A DNA stretch of 64,000 nt, taken from NCBI GenBank assembly GCA_013239625.1, contig MU056000.1, positions 682,001 to 746,000 of the forward strand, read 5' to 3'. Each line of letters begins with the position of its first letter. Position 1 is the stretch's first letter. The notes below the pieces were generated by a model that made no database searches, was not told where the DNA came from, and saw only the letters and a list, made by a program, of their open reading frames with translations. Positions 23,501 to 32,633 of the stretch are shown piece after piece. The position numbers and the translations under genes are program-made. The stretch comes from Lama guanicoe. Taxonomy: Eukaryota.

Positions 23501-26500
23501 AATAATCTTTAATGAAAGGGAGTATGAAAACGAAAATACGTCTGTTTCTGCGTGACTGGGACACCGTGCTGTCCACCAGAAACTGACACACTGTAACTGA
23601 CTGTACTCCAGTTACAACAAATAAAATTAATAAGTAAAATGAGTAAAGCTAACACAGCTACCGAAGCAAAGGAAAACTTGGAGCATGTCACCAAAAATCT
23701 GGAATGTGAGAAAATCCACATGGGATTTCTAGAGCTGAAAAACAGGCTGGTGGAACCCAAGAATTCAATAAATGGATTTCACAGGCAATCAGAAACAGAG
23801 GTGCCCTTCAGTGACTGGGAGACAGGTGGACGTGTGCTGCTCTGGCGTAGGGGCTGAGCGCCCTCACCCGAGCAGCAGGAAACCCCACATGCTGGCGGCC
23901 CAAGGCATGAGCCCCTCAGCCTTCTCCAGCTCTGCCGAGGCCTGAGGACCCTGGCCACTGAGGGGGTGCCCTTGGGCCCCCACTCCACTGTGCGGGCAGG
24001 GACAGCAAGCGAGGTCAGGAGTGCTGGTGAGGCACTCTCTGGGCCCTCCCCTCCCAGAGCACAGGTGGTCCCTCCCTGAGGCCACGGGCCAGGCACGGGC
24101 TCCTGGGGGAGGCCTCGGGGACACCACAGGCACACACGCACGGCCCTGCTCCACCAGCGTCCCACCTCTCGGCAAGGCTGGCGTGCAGCTGGGGCCTCGG
24201 CTGTGAAGGTGCAGCAGCAGGAGACCCGCCAGCAACACGAACAAGAGTGAGGACGATGACCCGGAGGCCCCCACCGCAGACGGCACGCCCCACCACGGGG
24301 CTCACAGCCCCTCAGATCGTGCGCCCCACCGCGGAGTGCACACCCTGCCGCTGAACACGTGCCCTGCGGGCCTTACGTGTCTCTTGAAGGACTTCCGGAC
24401 GTGTCCGCGGGTGGCCCTCTGGACCACAGCGTATCGGCGCACGCAGTACGTGCTCTCCTGGGGCCGGATCACTTTGGCGATCACCTCCACCAGCCTGTCC
24501 TGAGGGAGGGCGTCGTACGCCCCCGTCACGTCCACCTACGTGGGAGCGGAGGAACCTGATTACACGCTCACCTTGGCCCCCGAGTTCCCAGGTCCTGCTA
24601 GTTCTGACCTGGCTTTAGCAAACCCTGTGAGGAATCAGACAAGGGAGGGCAGGAGAGACCCTGAAGCCCCCACCATCCCATCCTCGCCACACACCCACCC
24701 TCCGTGGGGCTCTCATGGAGACACCTCGACTCCCCTAGACTCCGAGCACCCCCAGATCGGGTCTGCGCCCTCTCTGGGCTGCAGGCTGGTGACCAGGAGA
24801 CGCTGGAAGATGGCCAGGGCTCTCAGGGCCCAGTGCTGGGATCCGAGCAGGTGGGCTTCCTTCTCTGAAGGGGACCCCGAGGGCAGGAGACCCCATGGAG
24901 CTGGGGTGCAGTAACGGAGTCAACTCCAGCAGGGAAGGCACAGAGCTTCTGCCCTTGGGAGCTGGGCACCCCCATATGCAGACGGGGTCCCCTGACTTCC
25001 TGCTCACAGGAACATTTGTGGGATAAGGATGTGGCTGCACCAGGGGCACCCTATCCGGGCAAACAGGACCTGAAGAAGGCTGGCCACGCCCCTAGACAGG
25101 GGCAGGCCACCCACAGGGGCAGCTCCCACAGGCCCCAAGGGCCTGGCCATCTCCCTTGACAGGTGTCGGGGGTGAGGCCTGGCCCTCACCTTGACGAAGT
25201 ACAGAGGGGGTGCTGGGTGCCGGGCCCGCAGGGGCAGCACGAAGGCTCGCCAGGCCCTGTAGACGTCGTCCACGCCCAGCACGGAGGCCCCCAGGAGGCC
25301 CGGGCGCCGCGTCCGCTCATAGTTCAGAACAGCGAACAGGGTCTTGACCCGGGAGGAGAGGTGCTGGACCTGCAGGCCCAGCCCAGGAAGGCCAGTGTCA
25401 CCAGAGGGGCCCCAGCCAAACGGGACCCAGGGTCAGACCGCCCCAGGGACAAGAGAGGCTGATCCCGCTCGGTGTCCCCTGCGGCCTCCCCTGCCCACCC
25501 CCACCCCCAGGGTCTCCCCAGGGACCCGTCGTGGGATCCCGGACACGTATGGAAAAATGTAGCTGGCTACACTGCTGATCCCCTCTACCTGGGCCCCACC
25601 CAGCAGGGAGGGATGCTGCCCCCCAGGGCCCCCCCACCAAGTGAGGAGTTCATCTGTGCTCAAAACCAAAACCTCTGTCAGTATCGACAGCTCTTCCTTC
25701 CACTAATGACAAAATCACCCCCAAATACCATAGGGGGCACTCGGAAGGAGTGACACATGGCGCCGTGGTCGGGGGGAGGAGTCACGGAGGCTAACCGCGG
25801 GGGTGAGGTCCTACAGGGTCCTCGGGACCCCAGAGGGCAGGTGACAGCTCATCACGTGGTCCCTCTTGCCCCTGGATCCCAGAGAGCACACGGTCCCCCA
25901 CTGCAGGACTCCAGGAGCTGGTGCACAGGGGGTCGTGTCATGACATCCCTGTGGGCTCCTGGAGCCTGTCCAGCACCTTGAAGGGCTGGCCTTTCCAGGA
26001 GCGCCTCTCGGGACCTGGGAACCCCGCCCCTCCATGGCCCGAGATGCGGCAGGCACTGGCCTCCTCATGGCCGCCAGCCTCCTCGGGGTGGATCCTGACA
26101 GCACCAATGCCAGATCCAGGGTTTAAAAGTATTTTGCTTCCAAGTGACACAAGCGGTGACCTTCTTGTCCCTGGGGGCGGTCCTGGCTCCCGCGACGTAG
26201 TCCATGTTCACGATTGGCCGCAGCCCGCTGGGCTTGGGGAGGAAGCGGAGTCTGGATGTCAGCAGAGCGTGCCTGGCCTCCTGGTGTCGCTTGACCTCGG
26301 CTTCCGACAGTTCTCGAAGCCGCACGCGATCTAAGTGTTGTCTGGAGCAGAAAGGCCCGCAGGGAGCCAGGGCGGGTAAGCCCGGCAGACCCTGGTGCCT
26401 GTGCGGTCGGCAGAGCCCAGTGCCCAGCGCCCAGCACCCTGGATGTGGCAGTGCAGCTAGGTGCCTGCTGGAGGCCTCTCCACGGCGGGGCCAGGACACC

Positions 26501-29500
26501 CAGCTCCTCTGGACAGAGCCCCAGGTAGTGCAGGCTGGGGCCGGATGGGACCCTTGGGCCAGAGACTCCGCCTTCCTCCACACAGAACGAGCAGGGGGTG
26601 CTCTGAGCAGTCCCTGTGGACCTGCCAGCTCCCTTCAGCCTTTACCCCAAAACTACCCACAAGGAGGGGCTAGGTGCCCCCCACCTCCTGGCAGCTGGGG
26701 AGAGAATGCTCCCTGGACTGGGGGCCCCGGGGTGAAGGGTGGCTCACAAGCAGAGCACATCATGGAACTCGAAGGCCCACCAGCAGAGGACGTCCCCACG
26801 GTCCCCGCAAGTTGAACCTAGAGGCCGCTTGGGACCACTGGCCGTGAAATACTTTAAATAAGGTGCACCGTGCACGAACTCAGGCCCTGACAAAGGCCTC
26901 CGAGCCTCTCCTGGATGCCGGACACCCCTATGTGGCCCAGGGCCCAGCCCGGCTCCCTCCGCAGACGTCCTGACTCAGGGCACAGCTGCGCCCTCTGATG
27001 CTGGGCACCTCGGCTGAGCTCAGCCCATGTCTTTGAGGCTGTCACACGATCCTGATTGAATCCCAATGCAGCTCACATCCGCCCAATCCTTTAAAAGGGA
27101 CATAAAACAGCCACTGAGCAATGGAGACAAACCCAGTGGTCACCGTGAGGCAGGCAGCCTCTGGAAGCGCTGCTGCTCGGGGACTCTGGTCCCCGGGTAA
27201 TTCCCGCAGCACCTGTCGTGCAGTCACACTTGCTCTGCAGAGTGAAACCGCCCTAGGCCCACGAGTAGAGAGCAGTGAGCGGTCCGCCCGTGCTGTTTCC
27301 ATCAGTCAAACCGCACCCCTGCCCACACCCTCAGACCCTCTCGCTCAAACCCTGGGCTTTACGGGTAAGAAGAGGGGGGCTGCAGGGGTCCATGCCGAGT
27401 GCAGGACCCTGGCTCACACGCCCCTGGTGCAGCCGGAGCCACGGGGAGGCCGGCGGGAGCTGGGAGTAGGAGTCGGCACTCAGCTTACTGGCGTCTGCAC
27501 AGGTGGGAAGCAGAGACCGCGTGACACCCGAGGACCACCCTACCTGATGCCGATGCTTTGCAGCTGGGTCCAGACGCTCTTCCGGAAGAAAAAGAGCCGG
27601 TTCTTCTGAAACGTGGTCTCCGTGACATAAAAGAATGCCCTGAGCAGCTCGACCACATACGTGCCCATCAACCAGCACAGGAACTTGGCCAGGACGGCCT
27701 CTCTCAGACGGTGCTCCTCAGCTGGGACGCAGCCAGCTCCTGGGGAGACAGGCCCGCTCACCCCATCTGTGCTGGCCCGGCAGGCCTGGACCGAGATGCG
27801 CGTGCACGTGGCCTGCACCCACGCGGGGTCTCAGAGACTTGGCAGAGGAAGAACCTGGGATCGTGGCAGCGAGCTCTGCCCAGTTACGCGCTAAAGTGCC
27901 GACACTGGTCCCTGGGCTGCGATACGTTAGTTTCACCTTTGTTCCTTTCTTGTCACGGCTGCTGGAAGACTTAAACGACATCGTGACTCCAGTTCTACTC
28001 CTGGGCAGCGATGCCGTGGAGATTCAGCACTTGTCCTGGTTTACACGCAGGTGGAGCTCCGGCACTGCCACTGACCAGTAGGACCCAGAAATGCCTGGGG
28101 CTTTCCAGGCTAGACAACGGTGGGGGGGGTGGTGGTCAGACACTAGCTCAGGGATGTCAGACGCCTAGGGGTTCTGAACACGCACCACCGGCCAAGATGA
28201 CCACCCGCCCTGGTAGTTCTCTGTGTTTTTGTTTTGTTTATTTTTTCGGGGAGTAGTAATTAGGTTTATTTATTTATTTAATGGAGGTACCGGGGACTGA
28301 ACGCAGGGCCTCCTGCATGCTAAGCACGCACTCTACCACTGAGCTACACCCTCCCAACACCCGGTCCTCTGTGTTTTATCCTGTGCACTTAGAAACGTCA
28401 TGAGCAGAGGTGCACAGGTTTCCCCAGAGCCTCAGCACAGACAGAGTCAAGGTTTTTCCACCAGGAATGGGCATGAAAGAAACAAAGGAAGAGAAAGGGG
28501 TCCAGAGGCAGGTCTGGGACAGGAGACAGATGGCGGACAAAGAGAAGAGACGAGGGGATAAAGCTAAATAAACTTCGACCGGAGAAGCAGCAGCAGCAGC
28601 GTCTAACGTGGACACAACGGTGTTAGTGGGTGGTGAACCGACCCTGGCACCCCGATTACCATGCTTCAGATGGTAATCACCAAGGGAGGAGAAACGGAGA
28701 GTGTGCACCTAACTGCCCCGGGGCAGAGCCAACACGCACAGTGAGAAAACGCACACAATCCATCCGGAAGCCAGAAGTACGGACACGGAAAAGCAGACAC
28801 GCTGGGAAGATGGAAAGCGCGTCGAAACCCGTCCATCATCACGGAACAGTGAAAATAAATGACACCTGGTAAGTGGTGAAGACCGTCAGGCTGAGTTGAA
28901 AATAAACGTAAAGCTCTCTGCTCTTAGTAAGACACCTCAACTTTGAGGCTACGTAGAGGGTGCAGACAAAAACCAGGAGATGAAACATGACCCAAGAGGT
29001 AAATGCTGACCCACAGGAGGCCAGGGCAGCGGCTCCGTGAGCAGTTAGACAGACTCAGGTGAAGAGAGTCACTAGACACTTTCCAGGAAGAGAAACTGTA
29101 GAGCATGCACCCTACCAGGACGAGACGTGGACACACCCACCCCAGGGGCACGCCCACCCTTGGCATCGTGGCCCCTGGAAGGATACACAAGTTTTGTGCA
29201 GCACCTGGTAGAGAACACGGCACCATCCCCGGGCTCCTGATGCCCTGACCAGCAGCACAAACGCCCACGCACAAGGCCAAGCAGGCCTCCAGCGCTCAGG
29301 GAAGCCTGCGGACCACCACCCGGCCATGTCAGAAACCCGCCAAAGCTGATTTACAACGGCCCAAATAGCTCCGGGATTAAAGGAGAAATCACGGAAGGAA
29401 CAGAAAACACAGAAAAGCGGCTGATATCAAAATGTGCAGCCAAAGTGAACAGGGCGCAGAGATCACACAAACGCAGTGTGGGGCAAACGCAGGACTGGGA

Positions 29501-32500
29501 GTCAGAGGAGGAATGGCAGGCGGCCCAGAAAGCGGAAGATGATGAACTTCAGACCTCAGCCGACAGCCCTGCTGAGACGTGGGAGCCACTCGATGGTCCA
29601 AGGGGCTCCGCAGGAGGGGCACGCCCCCACCCACAGGGCAGGAAAAGCCATCACTGCCAGATGTGTGTGGACGGGACAGGCTGACCAGAGGCCAAGCGCA
29701 GTCCAGGGACCCGGGTCGAGGCAGCAAGCAGGAGTCCTTCTTGTCACAGCTCTGGCCACACCGGACAGCAGATGTGGACAGCCTGGGGGGCTGGCCTCTG
29801 GCGCTGGGAACCAAGGAGGTGATGAGTTTCAACGGGTAGTACGGTGGGCAAGGCAATGGCCAAGCCCAGCTCAGCAGAGGCAAAGAAGCTCAGTGCTGTG
29901 GACGGAGCGGCCGGGAGGCCATCCCAGCTGTCCACATCACCTGGCCTGGGGGTGTCCTGGGAGCCGGAAACAGTGTGCGCCAGTGCCCACCGGAGACCAC
30001 GGAAACCATGATCCTGGCGGCTGGGGCTGGGCGTTTCAAAGCCCCCACCCCAGGAAACTGTCCCATGCATCCTGGGCGGGCAAGTCGGACTCTGACAGAG
30101 GCTCTGCAGTCACCTCCTCCGTGAAGGAGTGGAAGCTCGGGATTCGGGGGAGGCCCGACCCGGGGTCTGTCCTTCTGGCTGCTCCACCATGCAGAGAGCA
30201 GGGAGGGCTGGTCCGTTTCTTTCCTGGCTCCGGTCTGACAAGGAGGGCACTGACTGAGAGGGGCAAGTGGCGGCTGGACCAGAGGAACCCCAACAGCAAG
30301 CCCAGAAAACCACAGTGGGAGGGACACCGCAGGCCTGGCTTCACAGAAACTCCTGCCGGGACCCGCAGGGCTGCCCACCTCCCTGGACGGGGGAGGGGGG
30401 CGTCCTGCTGCTCCTCTCTGCCCTCGGTGACCTTGGGGCCTCGTTCAAGGACATCGTCTTTTCACTCCTCCTGTGTGCCTGGCCCTAGCCTAGCAGACAT
30501 GCAGTCAGAACTCACATTAGGACCTGCATATCGCCGACCAAATGCGTTGGGAACCCAGGAGCCCTGCCCACCCCCCTGAAAAGGGGCTTCTTGGCCCAGG
30601 CCCCATTTCTATCAGTGGGGCACCATTTCAAGGTGATAAAGCTTCAAGTAGGAAAGGGGTAATGAGGAACCTGCAGGCATGCTCACGAGAGCCCCAGGCA
30701 CCTCTGTCTGTCGTCACAGTCCTGCTCACCTGCTCTCTGCCACCGCCCCCCCACCCAGCGCCCAGACCCTGCCCAAGTCCACGAAGGTCTGCAGATTCAC
30801 GCAAACTGGGTGGGAGTGGGTCGGGAGCAGAGAAGTCAGATGGAGCCACCCAACAGCCACCAAGAAGCCCACTGCGCTGGAGCGAGGTGCGGAGAGGGCC
30901 CTGTTGCGTCCCAGGTCCTGAGGTCCGGTCCTGCAGGGCCAGCCAGCACCTGCTCACCTGGGCTCCTCACCTGGGCTTCTGCGCAGCCAGGTGCAGTCCT
31001 GCACTTTCATCTTCCACGTCAGCTCCTGCAGCGACAGCTTGGCGTGCTTTCCCAGGGAGACCAGCTTCTTAACGTTCCTCATGAAGCGGCGCTGGTTGTG
31101 CCTGGAGCCCCAGAGGCTAGCAGGCACCAGCCTGTGAAGACAGGCTCGCAGGAGCGCGTACACCTGCCAGGGGCTGCTGTGCTGGCGGAGCAGCTGGACC
31201 AGGCACCGCGGGCCGGCGTGCCCCTCCGGGGCTGCCGTGGGCCTCTCCAGGGTGCAGGTGTCCACCCCATCGCGCTCCGGGATGCCTGACCCTGACCAGG
31301 TGGCCTCGGTCCGCAGCGGGCAGTGAGCCCTGAGCAGCGCTTGGTAGGGACATCGCGCATGGTTCTCAAGCAGCTCCCGGAACAGGGGCCTCATCCGCCA
31401 GTAGCGGGCGGGCAGGCGGCGCGTCCTGCCGGGAGCCCCTGGCCGCCAGGGCTTCGAGCTCAGAAAGATGGTCTCCAGGAGCTTCCGGGCCCCCGCCAAG
31501 CTGGGAGGCAGGGAGCAGAGCAGGAACGAGCGGCGCAGCCGTTCCTCGCTCCCCGGGCAGTACAGGAAGTGCTTGGTCTCCACGCACACTCGGGGACCGG
31601 GCACGCCCTGGGGACGTGACTGCTGCCAGGATGCCAAGCCGGCACCGCAATCGCCACCCGCCAGCGGGAGGGGGCAACGGGTCCGGGGCACCTCATCCTC
31701 CTGAGACTCGGCTTCCGCGGCAGCTCTGGTCTCTGTTACCGCGCGGGGGTCGCTGTCGCTAGGCCCAGTAGCCCAGCCCAGGTGGGCCCCGGACGCCTGC
31801 CCATTGGATCCTCGCTCCGGCCTCGAAGCGCGTCTGGGCCTCTTGGCTGGAGGCGGACGACCCTCTGCGCTGCCCCAACGCCGCTTCACGCCCGGGGCGG
31901 GCAGCCCCCAGGGTCCCCCAGCGTCCCCGTCGTTCCGGGCTTGGCGCGTAGGTCCGAGGCCTGCCTGGGGGCCGCCCGCGAGTCCGGGCCGAGCCGCGGC
32001 GCCGCTGCAGAGGTCATAGAGCGGCGGCCCGCACAGCTGGTAGGCGCAGCTCGGGGCCACCAGCAAGTAGAGTGCGCAGCGCGCCAGCAGGTGAGTGAGC
32101 ACGTCGTCGCCCACGCGGCGCAGCAGCAGCCCCCACGCGCCGCTGCCGCGCAGCGTGTCGGTCACCGTGTTGGGCAGGTAGCTGCGCACGCTGGTCGTGA
32201 AGGCCACGGGCGGCCCGCCGCGGGCCCCGTCCAGCAGCGCGAAGCCGAAAGCCAGCACGTTCCTCGCGCCGCGCTCACAGAGCCTCTGCACGACCCGCGC
32301 CACCAGCTCCTTCAGGCTGGACACCTGCGTGGAAGGGGTCCTGAGTCGCTGGAAACAGAGGTACATCGTTCCCCACCCCCTGCCCCCCGACCTGGGTCCC
32401 TGGGGACAGCCCACCTGGCGGAAGGACGGGGCGGCGGGGGGCGGCTGCGCGTCCCAGGGCACGCACACCAAGCACTGGGCCACCAGCGCGCGGAAGGCCG

Positions 32501-32633
32501 CCGGGTCCCCGCGCCGCACCAGCCGCCGGCCCTCGGGCCCCAGGCGCCGCACGAAGGTGGCCAGCGGCAGCACCTGCCGGTAGCGGCTCCGCAGCAGGGA
32601 GCGCACCGCCCGGCACTGCAGCGCGCGCGGCAT
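14397..32633 (-). CDS. TERT: Telomerase reverse transcriptase, complete, 16 coding exons, 3402 nt / 1133 aa
   Basis: N-terminus [27 protein letters not shown]; T motif FFYVTE; motif 1/2 [15 protein letters not shown]; motif A VDVTGAYD (D712); B' QCQGVPQGS; motif C RLVDDFLL (D869/D870); motif E WCGLL; C-terminus DFKTILD*. Exon sizes 219,1354,196,181,180,159,96,86,114,72,189,127,62,125,138,104 sum in frame. Confidence 0.98.
14935..15072 (-). CDS. TERT: TERT exon 15 (138 nt)
   Basis: [45 protein letters not shown]|gtgagc. Confidence 0.94.
15587..15626. repeat. 16-bp tandem repeat x2.5 (gagcaggccctgcccR) in TERT intron 14
   Basis: Units start at 15587, 15603 and 15619. Confidence 0.8.
15847..15971 (-). 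CDS. TERT: TERT exon 14 (125 nt)
   Basis: [41 protein letters not shown]|gtgcgc. Confidence 0.94.
17810..17871 (-). CDS. TERT: TERT exon 13 (62 nt)
   Basis: [20 protein letters not shown]|gtgggt. Confidence 0.94.
18240..18366 (-). CDS. TERT: TERT exon 12 (127 nt)
   Basis: [42 protein letters not shown]|gtgcgt. Confidence 0.95.
19245..19540 (+). mobile_element. MaLR (MLT1A-like) LTR in TERT intron 11
   Basis: aattcacgtgttgaagccctgacc..ggcgggccctaacccagc..agcacctggacctcagcttccagc..gtactttgatggtagcctgagc. Confidence 0.6.
19925..20113 (-). CDS. TERT: TERT exon 11 (189 nt, motifs D and E)
   Basis: [42 protein letters not shown]|gtgaga. Confidence 0.95.
20974..21045 (-). CDS. TERT: TERT exon 10 (72 nt, motif C)
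   Basis: [23 protein letters not shown]|gtaagg. Confidence 0.95.
21453..21566 (-). CDS. TERT: TERT exon 9 (114 nt, motif B')
   Basis: [37 protein letters not shown]|gtagga. Confidence 0.95.
22238..22323 (-). CDS. TERT: TERT exon 8 (86 nt)
   Basis: [28 protein letters not shown]|gtgggc. Confidence 0.93.
22820..22915 (-). CDS. TERT: TERT exon 7 (96 nt)
   Basis: [32 protein letters not shown]|gtcagc. Confidence 0.94.
23330..23635 (+). mobile_element. L1 3' end (artiodactyl/camelid-type 3' UTR), antisense in TERT intron 6
   Basis: ggggtgggaagggataaat..gagatttgca..ctgtacagcacagggaactacattcagtatcttgtaataa..ccagaaactgacacactgtaactgactgtactccag followed by an A-rich tail. Confidence 0.7.
24377..24535 (-). 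CDS. TERT: TERT exon 6 (159 nt, motif A)
   Basis: [44 protein letters not shown]|gtaagg. Confidence 0.95.
25190..25369 (-). CDS. TERT: TERT exon 5 (180 nt)
   Basis: [25 protein letters not shown]|gtgagg. Confidence 0.94.
26161..26341 (-). CDS. TERT: TERT exon 4 (181 nt)
   Basis: [38 protein letters not shown]|gtcacc (weak donor). Confidence 0.9.
27544..27739 (-). CDS. TERT: TERT exon 3 (196 nt, T motif)
   Basis: [50 protein letters not shown]|gtagg. Confidence 0.95.
28230..28355 (-). mobile_element. tRNA(Ala)-derived SINE, camelid vic-1-like, in TERT intron 2
   Basis: Minus strand reads gggagggtgTAGCTCAGTGGTAGagtgcgtgcttagcatgcaggaggccctgcGTTCAGTCCccggtacctccattaaataaataaataaa..A-rich tail. 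A and B boxes present; flanking repeat ctctgtgtttt at 28219-28229 and 28367-28377. Confidence 0.85.
28380..29470 (+). mobile_element. Highly decayed L1 fragment in TERT intron 2
   Basis: A-rich strand bias with L1-like phrases (gctaaataaacttcgacc, aacagtgaaaataaatgac, ggattaaaggagaaatcacggaagg); boundaries approximate. Confidence 0.45.
30971..32324 (-). CDS. TERT: TERT exon 2 (1354 nt)
   Basis: cgcag|[30 protein letters not shown] and QFP motifs..WLRRSP|gtgagg. Confidence 0.95.
32415..32633 (-). CDS. TERT: TERT exon 1 coding part (219 nt)
   Basis: ATG at 32633..32631; ends PSFRQ|gtgggc. Confidence 0.95.

Noticed and set aside
28283-28355. tRNA-Ala gene
   Set aside because: The tRNA-like head is followed by a SINE body, A-rich tail and flanking repeat, and a related copy exists at 40.3 kb; it is a SINE
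29476-30579. 367-aa + strand ORF in TERT intron 2
   Set aside because: Non-ATG start, low-complexity G/P/R/S composition, no recognisable domain; expected in GC-rich, stop-poor DNA
14397-32633. Novel reverse-transcriptase system (retron, DGR or retroelement)
   Set aside because: The RT motifs belong to ordinary single-copy spliced TERT in its conserved syntenic position; no template RNA (TERC) or repeat array lies nearby
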